Positions 1 to 16,461 of a DNA stretch of 64,000 nt are shown one piece after another; position 1 is the stretch's first letter, and each line of letters begins with the position of its first letter. The notes below the pieces were generated by a model that was not told the DNA's origin, ran no database searches, and saw nothing but the letters and a program-made list of their open reading frames with translations. The translations under genes and the position numbers were made by a program. Source of the DNA: Eledone cirrhosa (Eukaryota); the NCBI GenBank assembly GCA_964016885.1, contig OZ024741.1, positions 40,734,001-40,798,000 on the forward strand, given 5' to 3'.

Positions 1-1947
1 CAAACAATATATATATTAGAATGGTGTATACATTTTTAGGGACTCCGGTATATATATATATGGTGTCCCCGGAAAATGTATACACACTTTGATTATCTGT
101 ACAGGCAATATATATATTAGAATGGTGTATGCATTTTTAGGGACTCCGGTATATATATATATATGGCGTCCCCGGAAAATGTATACACACTTTGATTACC
201 TGTACAGTCAATATATATATTAGAATGGTGTATACATTTTTAGGGACACCGGTATATATATATATATGGTGTCCCCGGAAAATGTATACACACTTTGATT
301 ATCTGTACAGGCAATATATATATTAGAATGGTGTATACATTTTTAGGGACTCCGGTATATATATATATGGTGTCCCCGGAAAATGTATACACACTTTGAT
401 TACCTGTACAGTCAATATATATATTAGAATGGTGTATACATTTTTAGGGACCCCGGTATATATATATATATATATATATGGTGTCCCCGAAAAATGTATA
501 CACACTTTGATTACCTGTACAGTCAATATATATATTAGAATGGTGTATACATTTTTAGGGACCCCGGTATATATATATATATATATATGGTGTCCCCGAA
601 AAATGTATACACACTTTGATTACCTGTACAGGCAATATATATATTAGAATGGTGTATACATTTTTAGGGACTCCGGTATATATATATATATGGTGTCCCC
701 TGAAAATGTATACACACTTTGATTACCTGTACAGTCAATATATATATTAGAATGGTGTATACATTTTTAGGGAACCCGGTATATATATATATATATATAT
801 ATATGGTGTCCCCGAAAAATGTATACACACTTTGATTATCTGTACAGGCAATATATATATCAGAATGGTGTATACATTTTTAGGGACTCCGGTATATATA
901 TATATATATGGCGTCCCCGGAAAATGTATACACACTTTCATTACCTGTACAGGCAATATATATATTAGAATGGTGTATACATTTTTAGGGACCTCGGTAT
1001 ATATATATATATATATATGGTGTCCCCGAAAAATGTATACACACTTTGATCACCTGTACAGGCACTATATATATTAGAATGGTGTATACATTTTTAGGGA
1101 CCCCGGTATATATATATATATATATATATGGTGTCCCCGAAAATGTATACACACTTTGATTATCTGTACAGGCAATATATATATTAGAATGGTGTATACA
1201 TTTTTAGGGACCCCGGTATATATATATATATGGTGTCCCCGAAAAATGTATACACACTTTGATTACCTGTACAGGCAATATATATATTAGAAGGGTGTAT
1301 ACATTTATAGGGACCCCGGTATATATATATATATGGTGTCCCCGAAAAATGTATACACACTTTCATTACCTGTACAGGCAATATATATATTAGAATGGTG
1401 TATACATTTTTAGGGACCCCGGTATATATATATATATATATGGTGTCCCCGAAAAATGTATACACACTTTGATTATCTGTACAAACAATATATATATTAG
1501 AATGGTGTATACATTTTTAGGGACTCCGGTATATATATATATGGTGTCCCCGGAAAATGTATACACACTTTGATTATCTGTACAGGCAATATATATATTA
1601 GAATGGTGTATGCATTTTTAGGGACTCCGGTATATATATATATATGGCGTCCCCGGAAAATGTATACACACTTTGATTACCTGTACAGTCAATATATATA
1701 TTAGAATGGTGTATACATTTTTAGGGACACCGGTATATATATATATATGGTGTCCCCGGAAAATGTATACACACTTTGATTATCTGTACAGGCAATATAT
1801 ATATTAGAATGGTGTATACATTTTTAGGGACTCCGGTATATATATATATATATGGCGTCCCCGGAAAATGTATACACACTTTGATTACCTGTACAGGCAA
1901 TATATATATTAGAATGGTGTATACATTTTTAGGGACCCCGGTATATA

Positions 1948-1980
<33 letters not shown>

Positions 1981-2066
1981 GGTGTCCCCGAGAAATGTGT
2001 ACACACGTTGATTACCTGTACAGGCAATATATATATTAGAATGGTGTATACATTTTTAGGGACCTC

Positions 2067-2103
<37 letters not shown>

Positions 2104-3452
2104 TGTCCCCGAAAAATGTATACACACTTTGATTACCTGTACAGGCAATATATATATTAGAATGGTGTATACATTTTGAGGGACCCCGGTATATATATAT
2201 ATGGTGTCCCCGAAAAATGTATACACACTTTGATTATCTGTACAGGCAATATATATATTAGAATGGTGTATACACTTTTAGGGACCCCTGTATATATATA
2301 TATATATATATATATGGTGTCCCCAAAAAATATATACACACTTTGATTACCTGTATAGGCAATATATATATCAGAATGGTGTATACATTTTTAGGGACCT
2401 CAGTATATATATATATATATATATATATGGTGTCCCCGTAAAATGTATACACACTTTGATTATCTGTACAGGCAATATATATATTAGAATGGTGTATACA
2501 TTTTTAGGGACTCCGGTATATATATATATATGGTGTCCCCGGAAAATGTATACACACTTTGATTACCTGTACAGGCAATATATATATTAGAATGCTGTAT
2601 ACATTTTTAGGGACCCCGGTATATATATATATATATATATATGGTGTCCCCGAAAAATGTATACACACTTTGATTATCTGTACAGGCAATATATATATCA
2701 GAATGGTGTATACATTTTTAGGGACACCGGTATATATATATATGGTGTCCCCGACAAATGTGTACACACTTTGATTACCTGTACGATCAATATATATATT
2801 AGAATGGTGTATATATTTTTAGGGACCCCGGAATATATATATATATATATGTGGTGTCCCTGAAAAATGTATACACACTTTGATTATCTGTACAGGCAAT
2901 ATATATATTAGAATGTTGTATACATTTTTAGGGACCCCGGTATATATATATGGTGTCCCCGAAAAATGTGTACACACTTTGATTACCTGTACAGGCAATA
3001 TATATATTAGAACGGTGTATAGATTTTTAGGGAACCCGGTATATATATAGGGTGTCCCCGAAAAATGTATACACACTTTGATTACCTGTACAGGCAATAT
3101 ATATATTAGAATGCTGTATACATTTTTAGGGACCCCGGTATATATATATATATATATATGGTGTCCCCGAAAATGTATACACACTTTGATTATCTGCACA
3201 GGCAATATATATATTAGAATGGTGTATACATTTTTAGGGACCCCGGTATATATATATATAGTGTCCCCGAAAAATGTATACACATTTTGATTACCTGTAC
3301 AGGCAATATATATATTAGAAAGGTGTATACATTTATAGGGACCCCGCTATATATATATATATATATGGTGTCCCCGGAAAATGTATACACACTTTGATTA
3401 CCTCTACAGTCAATATATATATTAGAATGGTGTATACATTTTTAGGGACCTC

Positions 3453-3489
<37 letters not shown>

Positions 3490-3892
3490 TGTCCCCGAAA
3501 AATGTATACACACTTTGATTACCTGTACAGGCAATATATATATTAGCATGGTGTATACATTTTTAGGGACTCCGGTATATATATATATATGGTGTCCCCT
3601 GAAAATGTATACACACTTTGATTACCTGTCCAGGCAATATATATATTAGAATGGTGTATACATTTTTAGGGACCCCGGTATATATATATATATATATGGT
3701 GTCCCCGAAAAATGTATACACACTTTGATTACCTGTACAGTCAATATATATATTAGAATGGTGTATACATTTTTAGGGACCCCGGTATATATATATATAT
3801 ATATATGGTGTCCCCGAAAAATGTATACACACTTTGATTACCTGTACAGTCAATATATATATTAGAATGGTGTATACATTTTTAGGGACCCC

Positions 3893-3931
<39 letters not shown>

Positions 3932-4118
3932 TGTCCCCGAAAAATGTATACACACTTTGATTACCTGTACAGGCAATATATATATTAGAATGGTGTATAC
4001 ATTTTTAGGGACTCCGGTATATATATATATATGGTGTCCCCTGAAAATGTATACACACTTTGATTACCTGTACAGTCAATATATATATTAGAATGGTGTA
4101 TACATTTTTAGGGAACCC

Positions 4119-4155
<37 letters not shown>

Positions 4156-6251
4156 TGTCCCCGAAAAATGTATACACACTTTGATTATCTGTACAGGCAA
4201 TATATATATCAGAATGGTGTATACATTTTTAGGGACTCCGGTATATATATATATATGGCGTCCCCGGAAAATGTATACACACTTTCATTACCTGTACAGG
4301 CAATATATATATTAGAATGGTGTATACATTTTTAGGGACCTCGGTATATATATATATATATATATATGGTGTCCCCGAAAAATGTATACACACTTTGATT
4401 ACCTGTACAGGCACTATATATATTAGAATGGTGTATACATTTTTAGGGACCCCGGTATATATATATATATATATATATGGTGTCCCCGAAAATGTATACA
4501 CACTTTGATTATCTGTCCAGGCAATATATATATTAGAATGGTGTATACATTTTTAGGGACCCCGGTATATATATATATATGGTGTCCCCGAAAAATGTAT
4601 ACACACTTTGATTACCTGTACAGGCAATATATATATTAGAAAGGTGTATACATTTATAGGGACCCCGGTATATATATATATATGGTGTCCCCGAAAAATG
4701 TATACACACTTTCATTACCTGTACAGGCAATATATATATTAGAATGGTGTATACATTTTTAGGGACCCCGGTATATATATATATATATATGGTGTCCCCG
4801 AAAAATGTATACACACTTTGATTATCTGTACAAACAATATATATATTAGAATGGTGTATACATTTTTAGGGACTCCGGTATATATATATATGGTGTCCCC
4901 GGAAAATGTATACACACTTTGATTACCTGTACAGTCAATATATATATTAGAATGGTGTATACATTTTTAGGGACCCCGGTATATATATATATATATATAT
5001 ATGGTGTCCCCGAAAAATGTATACACACTTTGATTACCTGTACAGTCAATATATATATTAGAATGGTGTATACATTTTTAGGGACCCCGGTATATATATA
5101 TATATATATATGGTGTCCCCGAAAAATGTATACACACTTTGATTACCTGTACAGGCAATATATATATTAGAATGGTGTATACATTTTTAGGGACTCCGGT
5201 ATATATATATATATGGTGTCCCCTGAAAATGTATACACACTTTGATTACCTGTACAGTCAATATATATATTAGAATGGTGTATACATTTTTAGGGAACCC
5301 GGTATATATATATATATATATATATATGGTGTCCCCGAAAAATGTATACACACTTTGATTATCTGTACAGGCAATATATATATCAGAATGGTGTATACAT
5401 TTTTAGGGACTCCGGTATATATATATATATATGGCGTCCCCGGAAAATGTATACACACTTTCATTACCTGTACAGGCAATATATATATTAGAATGGTGTA
5501 TACATTTTTAGGGACCCCGGTATATATATATATATGGTGTCCCCGAAAAATGTATACACACTTTGATTACCTGTACAGGCAATATATATATTAGAAGGGT
5601 GTATACATTTATAGGGACCCCGGTATATATATATATATGGTGTCCCCGAAAAATGTATACACACTTTCATTACCTGTACAGGCAATATATATATTAGAAT
5701 GGTGTATACATTTTTAGGGACCCCGGTATATATATATATATATATGGTGTCCCCGAAAAATGTATACACACTTTGATTATCTGTACAAACAATATATATA
5801 TTAGAATGGTGTATACATTTTTAGGGACTCCGGTATATATATATATGGTGTCCCCGGAAAATGTATACACACTTTGATTATCTGTACAGGCAATATATAT
5901 ATTAGAATGGTGTATGCATTTTTAGGGACTCCGGTATATATATATATATGGCGTCCCCGGAAAATGTATACACACTTTGATTACCTGTACAGTCAATATA
6001 TATATTAGAATGGTGTATACATTTTTAGGGACACCGGTATATATATATATATGGTGTCCCCGGAAAATGTATACACACTTTGATTATCTGTACAGGCAAT
6101 ATATATATTAGAATGGTGTATACATTTTTAGGGACTCCGGTATATATATATATATATGGCGTCCCCGGAAAATGTATACACACTTTGATTACCTGTACAG
6201 GCAATATATATATTAGAATGGTGTATACATTTTTAGGGACCCCGGTATATA

Positions 6252-6284
<33 letters not shown>

Positions 6285-6370
6285 GGTGTCCCCGAGAAAT
6301 GTGTACACACGTTGATTACCTGTACAGGCAATATATATATTAGAATGGTGTATACATTTTTAGGGACCTC

Positions 6371-6437
<67 letters not shown>

Positions 6438-7470
6438 TGTCCCCGAAAAATGTATACACACTTTGATTACCTGTACAGGCAATATATATATTAGAATGGT
6501 GTATACATTTTGAGGGACCCCGGTATATATATATATGGTGTCCCCGAAAAATGTATACATACTTTGATTATCTGTACAGGCAATATATATATTAGAATGG
6601 TGTATACACTTTTAGGGACCCCTGTATATATATATATATATATATATATGGTGTCCCCAAAAAATATATACACACTTTGATTACCTGTATAGGCAATATA
6701 TATATCAGAATGGTGTATACATTTTTAGGGACCTCAGTATATATATATATATATATATATATGGTGTCCCCGTAAAATGTATACACACTTTGATTATCTG
6801 TACAGGCAATATATATATTAGAATGGTGTATACATTTTTAGGGACTCCGGTATATATATATATATGGTGTCCCCGGAAAATGTATACACACTTTGATTAC
6901 CTGTACAGGCAATATATATATTAGAATGCTGTATACATTTTTAGGGACCCCGGTATATATATATATATATATATATGGTGTCCCCGAAAAATGTATACAC
7001 ACTTTGATTATCTGTACAGGCAATATATATATCAGAATGGTGTATACATTTTTAGGGACACCGGTATATATATATATGGTGTCCCCGACAAATGTGTACA
7101 CACTTTGATTACCTGTACGATCAATATATATATTAGAATGGTGTATATATTTTTAGGGACCCCGGAATATATATATATATATATGTGGTGTCCCTGAAAA
7201 ATGTATACACACTTTGATTATCTGTACAGGCAATATATATATTAGAATGTTGTATACATTTTTAGGGACCCCGGTATATATATATGGTGTCCCCGAAAAA
7301 TGTGTACACACTTTGATTACCTGTACAGGCAATATATATATTAGAACGGTGTATAGATTTTTAGGGAACCCGGTATATATATAGGGTGTCCCCGAAAAAT
7401 GTATACACACTTTGATTACCTGTACAGGCAATATATATATTAGAATGCTGTATACATTTTTAGGGACCCC

Positions 7471-7505
<35 letters not shown>

Positions 7506-7796
7506 TGTCCCCGAAAATGTATACACACTTTGATTATCTGCACAGGCAATATATATATTAGAATGGTGTATACATTTTTAGGGACCCCGGTATATATATA
7601 TATAGTGTCCCCGAAAAATGTATACACATTTTGATTACCTGTACAGGCAATATATATATTAGAAAGGTGTATACATTTATAGGGACCCCGCTATATATAT
7701 ATATATATATGGTGTCCCCGGAAAATGTATACACACTTTGATTACCTCTACAGTCAATATATATATTAGAATGGTGTATACATTTTTAGGGACCTC

Positions 7797-7833
<37 letters not shown>

Positions 7834-10035
7834 TGTCCCCGAAAAATGTATACACACTTTGATTACCTGTACAGGCAATATATATATTAGCATGGTGTAT
7901 ACATTTTTAGGGACTCCGGTATATATATATATATGGTGTCCCCTGAAAATGTATACACACTTTGATTACCTGTCCAGGCAATATATATATTAGAATGGTG
8001 TATACATTTTTAGGGACCCCGGTATATATATATATATATATGGTGTCCCCGAAAAATGTATACACACTTTGATTACCTGTACAGTCAATATATATATTAG
8101 AATGGTGTATACATTTTTAGGGACCCCGGTATATATATATATATATATATGGTGTCCCCGAAAAATGTATACACACTTTGATTACCTGTACAGTCAATAT
8201 ATATATTAGAATGGTGTATACATTTTGAGGGACCCCGGTATATATATATATGGTGTCCCCGAAAAATGTATACACACTTTGATTATCTGTACAGGCAATA
8301 TATATATTAGAATGGTGTATACACTTTTAGGGACCCCTGTATATATATATATATATATATATATGGTGTCCCCAAAAAATATATACACACTTTGATTACC
8401 TGTATAGGCAATATATATATCAGAATGGTGTATACATTTTTAGGGACCTCAGTATATATATATATATATATATATATGGTGTCCCCGTAAAATGTATACA
8501 CACTTTGATTATCTGTACAGGCAATATATATATTAGAATGGTGTATACATTTTTAGGGACTCCGGTATATATATATATATGGTGTCCCCGGAAAATGTAT
8601 ACACACTTTGATTACCTGTACAGGCAATATATATATTAGAATGCTGTATACATTTTTAGGGACCCCGGTATATATATATATATATATATATGGTGTCCCC
8701 GAAAAATGTATACACACTTTGATTATCTGTACAGGCAATATATATATCAGAATGGTGTATACATTTTTAGGGACACCGGTATATATATATATGGTGTCCC
8801 CGACAAATGTGTACACACTTTGATTACCTGTACGATCAATATATATATTAGAATGGTGTATATATTTTTAGGGACCCCGGAATATATATATATATATATG
8901 TGGTGTCCCTGAAAAATGTATACACACTTTGATTATCTGTACAGGCAATATATATATTAGAATGTTGTATACATTTTTAGGGACCCCGGTATATATATAT
9001 GGTGTCCCCGAAAAATGTGTACACACTTTGATTACCTGTACAGGCAATATATATATTAGAATGGTGTATACATTTTGAGGGACCCCGGTATATATATATA
9101 TGGTGTCCCCGAAAAATGTATACACACTTTGATTATCTGTACAGGCAATATATATATTAGAATGGTGTATACACTTTTAGGGACCCCTGTATATATATAT
9201 ATATATATATATATGGTGTCCCCAAAAAATATATACACACTTTGATTACCTGTATAGGCAATATATATATCAGAATGGTGTATACATTTTTAGGGACCTC
9301 AGTATATATATATATATATATATATATGGTGTCCCCGTAAAATGTATACACACTTTGATTATCTGTACAGGCAATATATATATTAGAATGGTGTATACAT
9401 TTTTAGGGACTCCGGTATATATATATATATGGTGTCCCCGGAAAATGTATACACACTTTGATTACCTGTACAGGCAATATATATATTAGAATGCTGTATA
9501 CATTTTTAGGGACCCCGGTATATATATATATATATATATATGGTGTCCCCGAAAAATGTATACACACTTTGATTATCTGTACAGGCAATATATATATCAG
9601 AATGGTGTATACATTTTTAGGGACACCGGTATATATATATATGGTGTCCCCGACAAATGTGTACACACTTTGATTACCTGTACGATCAATATATATATTA
9701 GAATGGTGTATATATTTTTAGGGACCCCGGAATATATATATATATATATGTGGTGTCCCTGAAAAATGTATACACACTTTGATTATCTGTACAGGCAATA
9801 TATATATTAGAATGTTGTATACATTTTTAGGGACCCCGGTATATATATATGGTGTCCCCGAAAAATGTGTACACACTTTGATTACCTGTACAGGCAATAT
9901 ATATATTAGAACGGTGTATAGATTTTTAGGGAACCCGGTATATATATAGGGTGTCCCCGAAAAATGTATACACACTTTGATTACCTGTACAGGCAATATA
10001 TATATTAGAATGCTGTATACATTTTTAGGGACCCC

Positions 10036-10070
<35 letters not shown>

Positions 10071-10361
10071 TGTCCCCGAAAATGTATACACACTTTGATT
10101 ATCTGCACAGGCAATATATATATTAGAATGGTGTATACATTTTTAGGGACCCCGGTATATATATATATAGTGTCCCCGAAAAATGTATACACATTTTGAT
10201 TACCTGTACAGGCAATATATATATTAGAAAGGTGTATACATTTATAGGGACCCCGCTATATATATATATATATATGGTGTCCCCGGAAAATGTATACACA
10301 CTTTGATTACCTCTACAGTCAATATATATATTAGAATGGTGTATACATTTTTAGGGACCTC

Positions 10362-10398
<37 letters not shown>

Positions 10399-10801
10399 TG
10401 TCCCCGAAAAATGTATACACACTTTGATTACCTGTACAGGCAATATATATATTAGCATGGTGTATACATTTTTAGGGACTCCGGTATATATATATATATG
10501 GTGTCCCCTGAAAATGTATACACACTTTGATTACCTGTCCAGGCAATATATATATTAGAATGGTGTATACATTTTTAGGGACCCCGGTATATATATATAT
10601 ATATATGGTGTCCCCGAAAAATGTATACACACTTTGATTACCTGTACAGTCAATATATTTATTAGAATGGTGTATACATTTTTAGGGACCCCGGTATATA
10701 TATATATATATATATGGTGTCCCCGAAAAATGTATACACACTTTGATTACCTGTACAGTCAATATATATATTAGAATGGTGTATACATTTTTAGGGACCC
10801 C

Positions 10802-10840
<39 letters not shown>

Positions 10841-11027
10841 TGTCCCCGAAAAATGTATACACACTTTGATTACCTGTACAGGCAATATATATATTAGAAT
10901 GGTGTATACATTTTTAGGGACTCCGGTATATATATATATATGGTGTCCCCTGAAAATGTATACACACTTTGATTACCTGTACAGTCAATATATATATTAG
11001 AATGGTGTATACATTTTTAGGGAACCC

Positions 11028-11060
<33 letters not shown>

Positions 11061-12405
11061 TGTCCCCGAAAAATGTATACACACTTTGATTATCTGTACA
11101 GGCAATATATATATCAGAATGGTGTATACATTTTTAGGGACTCCGGTATATATATATATATGGCGTCCCCGGAAAATGTATACACACTTTCATTACCTGT
11201 ACAGGCAATATATATATTAGAATGGTGTATACATTTTTAGGGACCTCGGTATATATATATATATATATATATGGTGTCCCCGAAAAATGTATACACACTT
11301 TCATTACCTGTACAGGCACTATATATATTAGAATGGTGTATACATTTTTAGGGACCCCGGTATATATATATATATATATATATGGTGTCCCCGAAAATGT
11401 ATACACACTTTGATTATCTGTCCAGGCAATATATATATTAGAATGGTGTATACATTTTTAGGGACCCCGGTATATATATATATATGGTGTCCCCGAAAAA
11501 TGTATACACACTTTGATTACCTGTACAGGCAATATATATATTAGAAAGGTGTATACATTTATAGGGACCCCGGTATATATATATATATGGTGTCCCCGAA
11601 AAATGTATACACACTTTCATTACCTGTACAGGCAATATATATATTAGAATGGTGTATACATTTTTAGGGACCCCGGTATATATATATATATATATGGTGT
11701 CCCCGAAAAATGTATACACACTTTGATTATCTGTACAAACAATATATATATTAGAATGGTGTATACATTTTTAGGGACTCCGGTATATATATATATGGTG
11801 TCCCCGGAAAATGTATACACACTTTGATTATCTGTACTGGCAATATATATATTAGAATGGTGTATACATTTTTAGTGACTCCGGTATATATATATATATG
11901 GCGTCCCCGGAAAAAGTATACACACTTTGATTACCTGTACAGGCAATATATATATTAGAATGGTGTATACATTTTTAGGGACACCGGTATATATATATAT
12001 ATGGTGTCCCCGGAAAATGTATACACACTTTGATTATCTGTACAGGCAATATATATATTAGAATGGTGTATACATTTTTAGGGACTCCGGTATATATATA
12101 TATATGGCGTCCCCGGAAAATGTATACACACTTTGATTACCTATACAGGCAATATATATATTAGAATGGTGTATACATTTTTAGGGACACCGGTATATAT
12201 ATATATGGTGTCCTCGACAAATCGGTACACACTTTGATTACCTGTACAGGCAATATATATATTAGAATGGTGTATACATTTTTAGGGACCCCGGTATATA
12301 TATATATATATATATATGGTGTCCCCGAAAAATGTATACACACTTTGATTAACTGTACAGGCAATATATATATTAGAATGGTGTATACATTTTTAGGGAC
12401 CTCTG

Positions 12406-12442
<37 letters not shown>

Positions 12443-12639
12443 TGTCCCCGAAAAATGTATACACACTTTGATTATCTGTACAGGCAATATATATATGTTA
12501 GAATGGTGTATACATTTTTAGGGAACCCGGTATATATATATATATATATACGGTGTCCCCGAAAAATGTATACGCACTTTGATTATCTGTACAGGCAATA
12601 TATATATTAGAATGGTGTATACATTTTTAGGGACCTCTG

Positions 12640-12676
<37 letters not shown>

Positions 12677-13294
12677 TGTCCCCGAAAAATGTATACACAC
12701 TTTGATTATCTGTACAGGCAATATATATATCAGAATGGTGTATACATTTTTAGGGACCCCGGTATATATATATATATATATATATATGGTGTCCCGCGAA
12801 AAATGTATACACACTTTGATTACCTGTACAGGCAATATATATATTAGAATGGTGTATACATTTGTAGGGACTCCGGTATATATATGGTGTCCCCGGAAAA
12901 TGTATACACACTTTGATTACCTGTACAGGCAATATATATATTAGAATGGTGTATACATTTTTAGGGACCCCGGTATATATATATATAAATGGTGTCCCCG
13001 AAAAATGTATACACACTTTGATTACCTGTACAGGCAATATATATATTAGAATGGTGTATACATTTTTAGGGACTCCGGTATATATATGGTGTCCCCGGAA
13101 AATGTATACACACTTTGATTACCTGTACAGGCAATATATATATTAGAATGGTGTATACATTTTTAGGGACCCCGGTATATATATATATGGTGTCCCCGAA
13201 AAGTGTGTACACACGTTGATTAACTGTACAGGCAATATATATATTAGAATGGTGTATACATTTTTAGGGACCTCGGTATATATATATATATATA

Positions 13295-13465
13295 CGTTAT
13301 TCCGGGTTGAATCGGAGGTAACCACAGTAAGTAAGGTACTCAATACATAGCAGAGTATAACAGTTTTAATATAGATGAGATTCTACAGGACTAGAACTGT
13401 TTCATTCATTAGAAATCATCAGGAATAATCATCTAGTCCTGTAGAATCTCATCTATATTAAAACT
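13295..13465 (-). mobile_element. Tailed hairpin element (family A), probably PLE-derived, inserted in a (TA)n linker of the satellite
   Basis: Perfect 34-bp inverted arms 13362-13395/13432-13465 with a unique tail at 13295-13361. The loop reads CTGATGA-tttctaatgaat-GAAAC on the minus strand. Related copy at 59516-59667. Confidence 0.7.
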
Positions 13466-13466
13466 A

Positions 13467-13501
<35 letters not shown>

Positions 13502-15025
13502 TGTCCCCGAAAAATGTATACACACTTTGATTACCTGTACAGGCAATATATATATTAGAATGGTGTATACATTTTTAGGGACCCCGATATATATATATAT
13601 GGTGTCCCCGAAAAATGTATACACACTTTGATTATCTGTACAGGCAATATATATATTAGAATGGTGTATACATTTTTAGGGACCCCTGTATATATATATA
13701 TATATATATATATGGTGTCCCCGAAAAATATATACACACCTTGATTATCTGTACAGACAATATATATATTAGAATGGTGTATACATTTTTAGGGACCCCG
13801 GTATATATATATATATGGTGTCCCCGAAAAATGTATACACACTTCGATTATCTGTACAGGCAATATATATATTAGAATGGTGTATACATTTTTAGGGACC
13901 CCGGTCTATGTGTATATATATGGTGTCCGGCGAAAAATGTATACACACTTCGATTATCTGTACAGGCAATATATGTATTAGAATGTTGTATACATTTTTA
14001 GCGATCCCGGTATATATATATATATATATATATGGTGTCTCAGAAAATTGTATACACACTTTGATTACCTGTACAGTCAATATATATATTAGAATGGTGT
14101 ATACATTTTTAGGGACCCCGGTATATATATATATATATATGTATATATATTGTGTCCCCGAAAAATGTATACACACTTTGATTACCTGTACAGGCAATAT
14201 ATTAGAATGGTGTATACATTTTTAGGGACACCGGTATATATATATATGTATATATATGGTGTCCCCGAAAAATGTATACACACTTTGATTACCTGTACAG
14301 GCAATATATATATTAGAATGGTGTATACATTTTTAGGGACCCCGGTATATATATATGTATATATATATATATATGGTGTCCCCGAAAAATGTATACACAC
14401 TTTGATTACCTGTACAGGAAATATATGAGAATGGTGTATACATTTTTAGGGACACCGGTATATATATATATGGTGACCCCCAAAAATGTATACACACTTT
14501 GATTACCTGTACAGGCAATATATATGTTAGAATGATGTATACATTTTTAGGGACCCCGGTATATATATATTAGAATGGTGTATACATTTTTAGGGACCCC
14601 GGTATATATATATATGGTGTCCCCGAAAAATGTATACACACTTTGATTACCTGTACAGGCAATATATATATTAGAATTGTGTATACATTTTTAGGGACTC
14701 CGGTATATATATATATGGTGACCCCCAAAAATGTATACACACTTTGATTACCTGTACAGGCAATATATATGTTAGAATGATGTATACATTTTTAGGGACC
14801 CCGGTATATATATATATATATATATATGGTGTCCCCGGAAAATGTATACACACTTTGATTACCTGTACAGGCAATATATGTATTAGAATGGTGTATACAT
14901 TTTTAGGGACCTCGGTATATATATATATATATATATATATATGGTGTCCCGGAAAAATGTATACACACTCTGATTACCTGTACAGTCAATATATATATTA
15001 GAATGGTGTATACATTTTTAGGGAC

Positions 15026-15059
<34 letters not shown>

Positions 15060-15359
15060 TGTCCCCTAAAAATGTATAAACACTTTGATTACCTGTACAG
15101 GCAATATATATATTAGAATGGTGTATACATTTTTAGGGACCGCCGTATATATAAATATGGTGTCCCCGAAAAAAGTATACACACTTTGATTACCTGTACA
15201 GGCAATATATATATTAGAATGGTGTATACATTTTTAGGAACCCCTGTATATATATATATATATATATATATGGTGTCCCCAAAAAATGTATACACACTTT
15301 GATTACCTGTACAGGCAATATATATATTAGAATGGTGTATGGAGTTTTACGGACCCCGG

Positions 15360-15390
<31 letters not shown>

Positions 15391-16428
15391 CCCCGAAAAA
15401 TGTATACACACTTTGATTACCTATACAGGCAATATATATATTAGAATGGTGTATACATTTTTAGGGACTCCGGTATATATATATATGGTGTCCCCGGAAA
15501 ATGTATACACACTTTGCTTACCTGTACAGGCAATATATATATTAGAATGGTGTATACATTTTTAGGGACCCCGGTATATATATATATATGGTGTCCCCGA
15601 AAAATGCATACACACTTTGATTATCTGTACAGGCAATATATATATTAGAATGGTGTATACATTTTTAGGGACCCCGGTATATAGATATATATATATGGTG
15701 TCCCCGAAAAATGTATACACACTTTGATTATCTGTACAGGCAATATATATATTAGAACGGTGTTTACATTTTTAGAGACCCAGGTATATATATATGGTGT
15801 CCCCGAAAAATGTATACACACTTTGATTACCTATACAGGCAATATATATATTAGAATGGTGTATACATTTTTAGGGACCCCGGTATATAGATATATATAT
15901 ATGGTGTCCCCGAAAAATGTATACACACTTTGATTATCTGTACAGGCAATATATATATTAGAACGGTGTTTACATTTTTAGGGACCCAGGTATATATATA
16001 TGGTGTCCCCGAAAAATGTATACACACTTTGATTACCTGTACAGTCAATATATATATTAGAATGGTGTATACATTTTTAGGGACACCGGTATATATAATA
16101 TATATATATATATATGGTGTCCCCGAAAAATGTATACACACTTTGATTACCTGTACAGGCACTATATATATTAGAATGGTGTATACATTTTTAGGGACCC
16201 CGGTATATATATATATATATATACATATGTATATATATATGGTGTCCCCGAAAATGTATACACACTTTGATTACCTGTACAGGCAATATATATATTAGAA
16301 TGGTGTATACATTTTTAGGGACTCCGGTATATATATATATATGGTGTCCCCTGAAAATGTATACACACTTTGATTACCTGTACAGGCAATATATATATTA
16401 GAATGGTGTATACATTTTTAGGGACCCC

Positions 16429-16461
<33 letters not shown>

